Shown here piece by piece: positions 59,718 through 62,999 of a stretch of DNA of 62,999 nucleotides. The notes below the pieces were generated by a model, which was not told where the DNA came from, did not search any database, and worked only from the letters and a program-made list of their open reading frames with translations. The translations under genes were made by a program, and so were the position numbers. Location: assembly GCA_002424645.1 (NCBI GenBank), contig DIKU01000064.1, positions 27,495 through 90,493 on the forward strand, in the 5' to 3' direction. Positions within the stretch are counted from its first letter, which is position 1. Every line of letters starts with the position of its first letter. The DNA comes from Pelobacter sp. UBA5610. Lineage in GTDB: Bacteria; Desulfobacterota; Desulfuromonadia; Desulfuromonadales; Syntrophotaleaceae.

Positions 59718-60618
59718 GGTTTTCCGCAGTCATGGTAGCCATGGACTCGCCGGACGCTGACTCAGCAAGCTGACCGACAATAACCAGACAAGCGTCCGGC
59801 AAATCAAGTTTACGGTCGTCAAGCCAAGCCTCCGACCCGCCCTGTATATTCAGCCGAATTTCAGCAAAATTACGCACGGTCCAATCGACCTGGGTTCCGG
59901 GCTGCATATCATAGTTCTGCAAAGGACGCCGATCGGCTTCGATTTCCACCCATCCGGTCCCTTTTGATTGAATCCGGAAAACGCCACCGGCGGTGGGCAG
60001 AGCCAAATTTATTGTTTGAAGTGCCGAATCACTCTCGGGGGACACAACGGGAGCATTTTGCTCGACGGGCGATGCTGTTTGCACGGGCTGTTCCGCATAA
60101 CTGCTGGTCGCCGGCTCGGATTTCTCTATATCGGCAGACTCCGTGGGAGCACTTTCGGCAACGGGAATGTCTTTGCCATGCTCAGAAAACCAGGGACCAA
60201 TGTCCATAGCGTAAGACAAGAAACTCACGGCTGCGATCATCAACATAACGATAACAGGCCACAATGAAAGACCAAAACGCTTGTTCCGGACAGGTTCGGC
60301 TTTAACAGAGGGCATCTCACAATGAGACACCTCCTGGACCGATTGGGTAGCCTGGCGATAGTCTTGCACGATGGCTTCCGCATCGAGGCCCAGCAACGTG
60401 GCGTATTGTCGTAAAAACCCGATAGCATATGGGAGCGCCGGTAATTTTTCATAGGCACCGCTCTCAAACGCCTTCAGAAAAGTCTCGCGAATGTGAGTGC
60501 GCTCAGCCACGGCTGCCAGACTCAAACCACAAGCCTCGCGTCGGGATAGCAGCAACTTCCCCAAATCCGGTTTTTGTGGCGTTTCGGCGGTAATTTCTTC
60601 GATTGATTTTTCATGCAT
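59695..60618 (-). CDS. rodZ: RodZ-like cytoskeleton protein
   Basis: N-terminal HTH (G..L...RE..GLS...VA..T.I....L.A.E, GFLR.YA..LGLD), one TM, low-complexity linker, beta-rich C-terminal domain. Confidence 0.8.
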   Translation of the reverse strand: MHEKSIEEITAETPQKPDLGKLLLSRREACGLSLAAVAERTHIRETFLKAFESGAYEKLPALPYAIGFLRQYATLLGLDAEAIVQDYRQATQSVQEVSHCEMPSVKAEPVRNKRFGLSLWPVIVMLMIAAVSFLSYAMDIGPWFSEHGKDIPVAESAPTESADIEKSEPATSSYAEQPVQTASPVEQNAPVVSPESDSALQTINLALPTAGGVFRIQSKGTGWVEIEADRRPLQNYDMQPGTQVDWTVRNFAEIRLNIQGGSEAWLDDRKLDLPDACLVIVGQLAESASGESMATMTAENHDEILQP

Positions 60619-60630
60619 GACGTTTGTCCT

Positions 60631-61398
60631 TCATTGCAACATATCGAGGTAATCGTTGGCCCGCTGACCCATTTCCGATTCAGGGAGCAATTGCCGAACC
60701 TTGGTAAAGGACTTCCGGGCCTGTTCCATATCGCCGTTTTTCATGAAGGCCATACCCATCAAGAAATGCAGGCGGGTAGATTCAGGCACCAAAACCAGAG
60801 CCTTGCGATATTCCCTCAATCCCCTATCAACCTGCCCCATAGCCGTCAAGGCTTCACCAAGACGAAGATACGCTTCGGCATACTTGGGATTTTTGCTCAG
60901 CGCCTCCCGGTAGGCTGTTACCGCACCTGTATAGTCATTTTTAAGAGAACGCGCAATACCTATACCGGTAAGGGGAATTTCGGGAGAGGCAAACAGAAGA
61001 TTGTTAGCGGCCTTTTCCAGATTGGGAAGAGCATCATCGGGGCGTTGCATATCGAGATATAAAGCCCCGAGATTGTTATAATAACGTGGTTCATCGGGGC
61101 GTATTGCGATAGCTTTCAAATAGTGCTTTTCAGCTTCGGAAAAAGCACCTTTGCGTTGATAAGCCTGAGCCAGGCCTTCCTGAATATCGGGATCGCGTTT
61201 ATCTATTTTTTCCGCGTCCAGGAACTTGGCCAGCGCCATGGTCGGATTGTTATTTTTCAACTCGGCAATACCAAGGGTATAATGAACCCTGGCATTTTGA
61301 TTGGGATCCTTGTACGCGTTATTGGACGATGTACACCCCGTAGTCACAAGGGCCATTACCAAAAACCCCCAACCTAAACACGATATCTTCCGAACCAT
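60631..61398 (-). CDS. TPR lipoprotein, PilF/PilW-like pilotin
   Basis: Lipobox VTTGC, tandem TPRs including YNNLG, position between rlmN and rodZ. Confidence 0.78.
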   Translation of the reverse strand: MVRKISCLGWGFLVMALVTTGCTSSNNAYKDPNQNARVHYTLGIAELKNNNPTMALAKFLDAEKIDKRDPDIQEGLAQAYQRKGAFSEAEKHYLKAIAIRPDEPRYYNNLGALYLDMQRPDDALPNLEKAANNLLFASPEIPLTGIGIARSLKNDYTGAVTAYREALSKNPKYAEAYLRLGEALTAMGQVDRGLREYRKALVLVPESTRLHFLMGMAFMKNGDMEQARKSFTKVRQLLPESEMGQRANDYLDMLQ

Positions 61399-61440
61399 GG
61401 GCACCTCCACCCCGGCGAAGCCGAGGCTGGCAAATTATAT

Positions 61441-62304
61441 TCAAAGATATTTATCGAGAAGCAAACCAAGCTTCGTACGGGTGGTTGCCGGAATGGCATC
61501 CGGTGCGGTCATGATGGCAAAGCGCAAGGCTTCATTGCATGCACAACTGCGCGCAGAGGCCATACCGCGAACAGACTCGCGAATAATATGGCGGGCCGTG
61601 GCCACATTCTGCTTGATGATGGCAACCACCGCATCGACGGATACATCGTCATGCCCCTCATGCCAGCAGTCATAATCCGTGGCGAGGGCAACCGTGCCGT
61701 AACAGATTTCCGCCTCGCGAGCCAGTCGCGCTTCGGGAACATTGGTCATACCGATGATATCCACCCCCCAGCTGCGATAAATTTTCGATTCAGCACGCGT
61801 GGAAAAATTGGGGCCCTCGATGCACAGGTAGGTGCCACCTTCGTGAACGGTGGCGCCCACCCGCCGGGCAGAGTCGGCCAGCACCCGCGACAGGTCATGA
61901 CACACCGGGTCCGCAAACTGCACATGCCCGACAACCCCCTCACCGAAAAACGTCGACTGGCGTTTGCCCTGGGTGCGGTCAAAAAACTGATCGGGAATGA
62001 CGATATGCCCCGGAACGATCTGTTCACGCATACTGCCAACCGCCGACACGGAAATGATGCGCTCTACGCCGAGCTGTTTCATCCCATGGATGTTGGCCCG
62101 ATAAGGCACTTCGGACGGCAACAGGCGATGTCCGCGGCCGTGCCTGGGCAGAAAAACCATCTTTACGTCATCCAGCATACCGGTGATAAAAACATCGGAT
62201 GGTGCACCGAATGGCGTATCCAGGGATACCTCGCGTACCTCGGTGAGGCCTTCCATCTCGTACAGGCCGCTGCCGCCGATAACCCCTATAACTGTCTGTT
62301 TCAT
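61441..62304 (-). CDS. mtnP: S-methyl-5'-thioadenosine phosphorylase
   Basis: IGGSGLY, TPFG.PS, RHG.GH, YRANI, SAVGS, EGP.FSTRAES, GMT..PEA.LARE, TDYDCW. Confidence 0.95.
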   Translation of the reverse strand: MKQTVIGVIGGSGLYEMEGLTEVREVSLDTPFGAPSDVFITGMLDDVKMVFLPRHGRGHRLLPSEVPYRANIHGMKQLGVERIISVSAVGSMREQIVPGHIVIPDQFFDRTQGKRQSTFFGEGVVGHVQFADPVCHDLSRVLADSARRVGATVHEGGTYLCIEGPNFSTRAESKIYRSWGVDIIGMTNVPEARLAREAEICYGTVALATDYDCWHEGHDDVSVDAVVAIIKQNVATARHIIRESVRGMASARSCACNEALRFAIMTAPDAIPATTRTKLGLLLDKYL

Positions 62305-62999
62305 TTACCGTTGCCTTTCTCTTGTGGATGAGGATCGTAGGCGGCGTCTTCCGCGGCATTATGCACCGGGGAGCGTTTACCCTTGAGCTGCCCGCAGGCG
62401 GCGGAAATATCCTGCCCCTTGCTGGCACGACGGATGGCCACCATGCCGCGGTCGAGAAGATACCCCTGAAACCGCGTCACACGATCACCGGTCGGCGCTT
62501 TAAAAGGGGAGGAGGAGTGCTCATTGAACGGAATAAGGTTAACCTTGGCCTTAACACCGTGCAACAGCTTCACCAACCGCCGTGCATCCTGGTCGGAATC
62601 GTTGACTCCGCGAATGAGAATATATTCGAAAGTGATACGCTGTCTCGGCTCCAGGGGAATCTTCCGGCAGGCATCCATGAGCTGCTCCAGAGGATAACGC
62701 CGATTGATGGGCATGAGCTGGTTGCGCACCTCATCGGTGGTAGCATTGAGCGACACCGCCAGGTTAACGCGGATGCGCTGTCCCAACTCAAGCATCTCAG
62801 GCACCAGACCGGCCGTCGACAGGGTTACCTTACGGGGACTGAAGGCGAGACCTTCGGACAAGTAGAAAATTTTCAAAGCTTTGACTACATTGTCGAGATT
62901 GTGCAGCGGCTCGCCCATGCCCATCAGCACGATATTGCTTATGGGACCATCAGCAAGGGCGGCGCAAACCTGATTGACGATTTCACCGGGGGTGAGGTT
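62301..62999 (-). CDS. rlmN: 23S rRNA m2A2503 / tRNA radical-SAM methyltransferase; 5' end outside the window
   Basis: [45 protein letters not shown]. Confidence 0.95.
   Translation of the reverse strand, partial: NLTPGEIVNQVCAALADGPISNIVLMGMGEPLHNLDNVVKALKIFYLSEGLAFSPRKVTLSTAGLVPEMLELGQRIRVNLAVSLNATTDEVRNQLMPINRRYPLEQLMDACRKIPLEPRQRITFEYILIRGVNDSDQDARRLVKLLHGVKAKVNLIPFNEHSSSPFKAPTGDRVTRFQGYLLDRGMVAIRRASKGQDISAACGQLKGKRSPVHNAAEDAAYDPHPQEKGNGK

Noticed and set aside
1-62999. CRISPR arrays, IS elements, prophage, rRNA, selenocysteine read-through, frameshifted pseudogenes
   Set aside because: No regularly spaced repeats, transposase, integrase or phage motifs, or interrupted reading frames were seen by eye; subtle cases could be missed without computation

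Overview
Mostly core chromosome of a Desulfuromonadales-type deltaproteobacterium (Pelobacter/Syntrophotalea/Geobacter-like). This is inferred from the eukaryote-type citrate synthase, the gene content and the gene orders. The window holds about 52 CDS and one tRNA-Gln(UUG). Main blocks: nadC-birA-coaX plus a divergent EF-G paralogue; a possible metal-handling group (ZIP transporter, beta-barrel protein, DUF364, PhoU-like); lpxH; lon and an M16 peptidase pair; ispB; a chemoreceptor; carbonic anhydrase-YkgJ-RNase Z-like; a NodIJ-like ABC exporter; gltA; dusB-ntrB-ntrC; ispE-tRNA-prs-rplY-pth-hppA-ychF-rpsF-rpsR-yybS-rplI-dnaB; the coaBC region; and rlmN-mtnP-pilW-rodZ-punA. I saw no IS, prophage, integrase or CRISPR array. 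Best candidates for undescribed biology: (1) a low-GC orphan gene fusing a GNAT acetyltransferase domain, a histidine-kinase core and an unrecognised ~280-aa tail, just downstream of citrate synthase; (2) a J-domain co-chaperone with four 24-aa MshEN-like motifs, plus a separate MshEN-AAA ATPase fusion; (3) a near-canonical ModE (molybdate) box upstream of the DUF364 gene. All calls come from reading motifs by eye; no database search was run.
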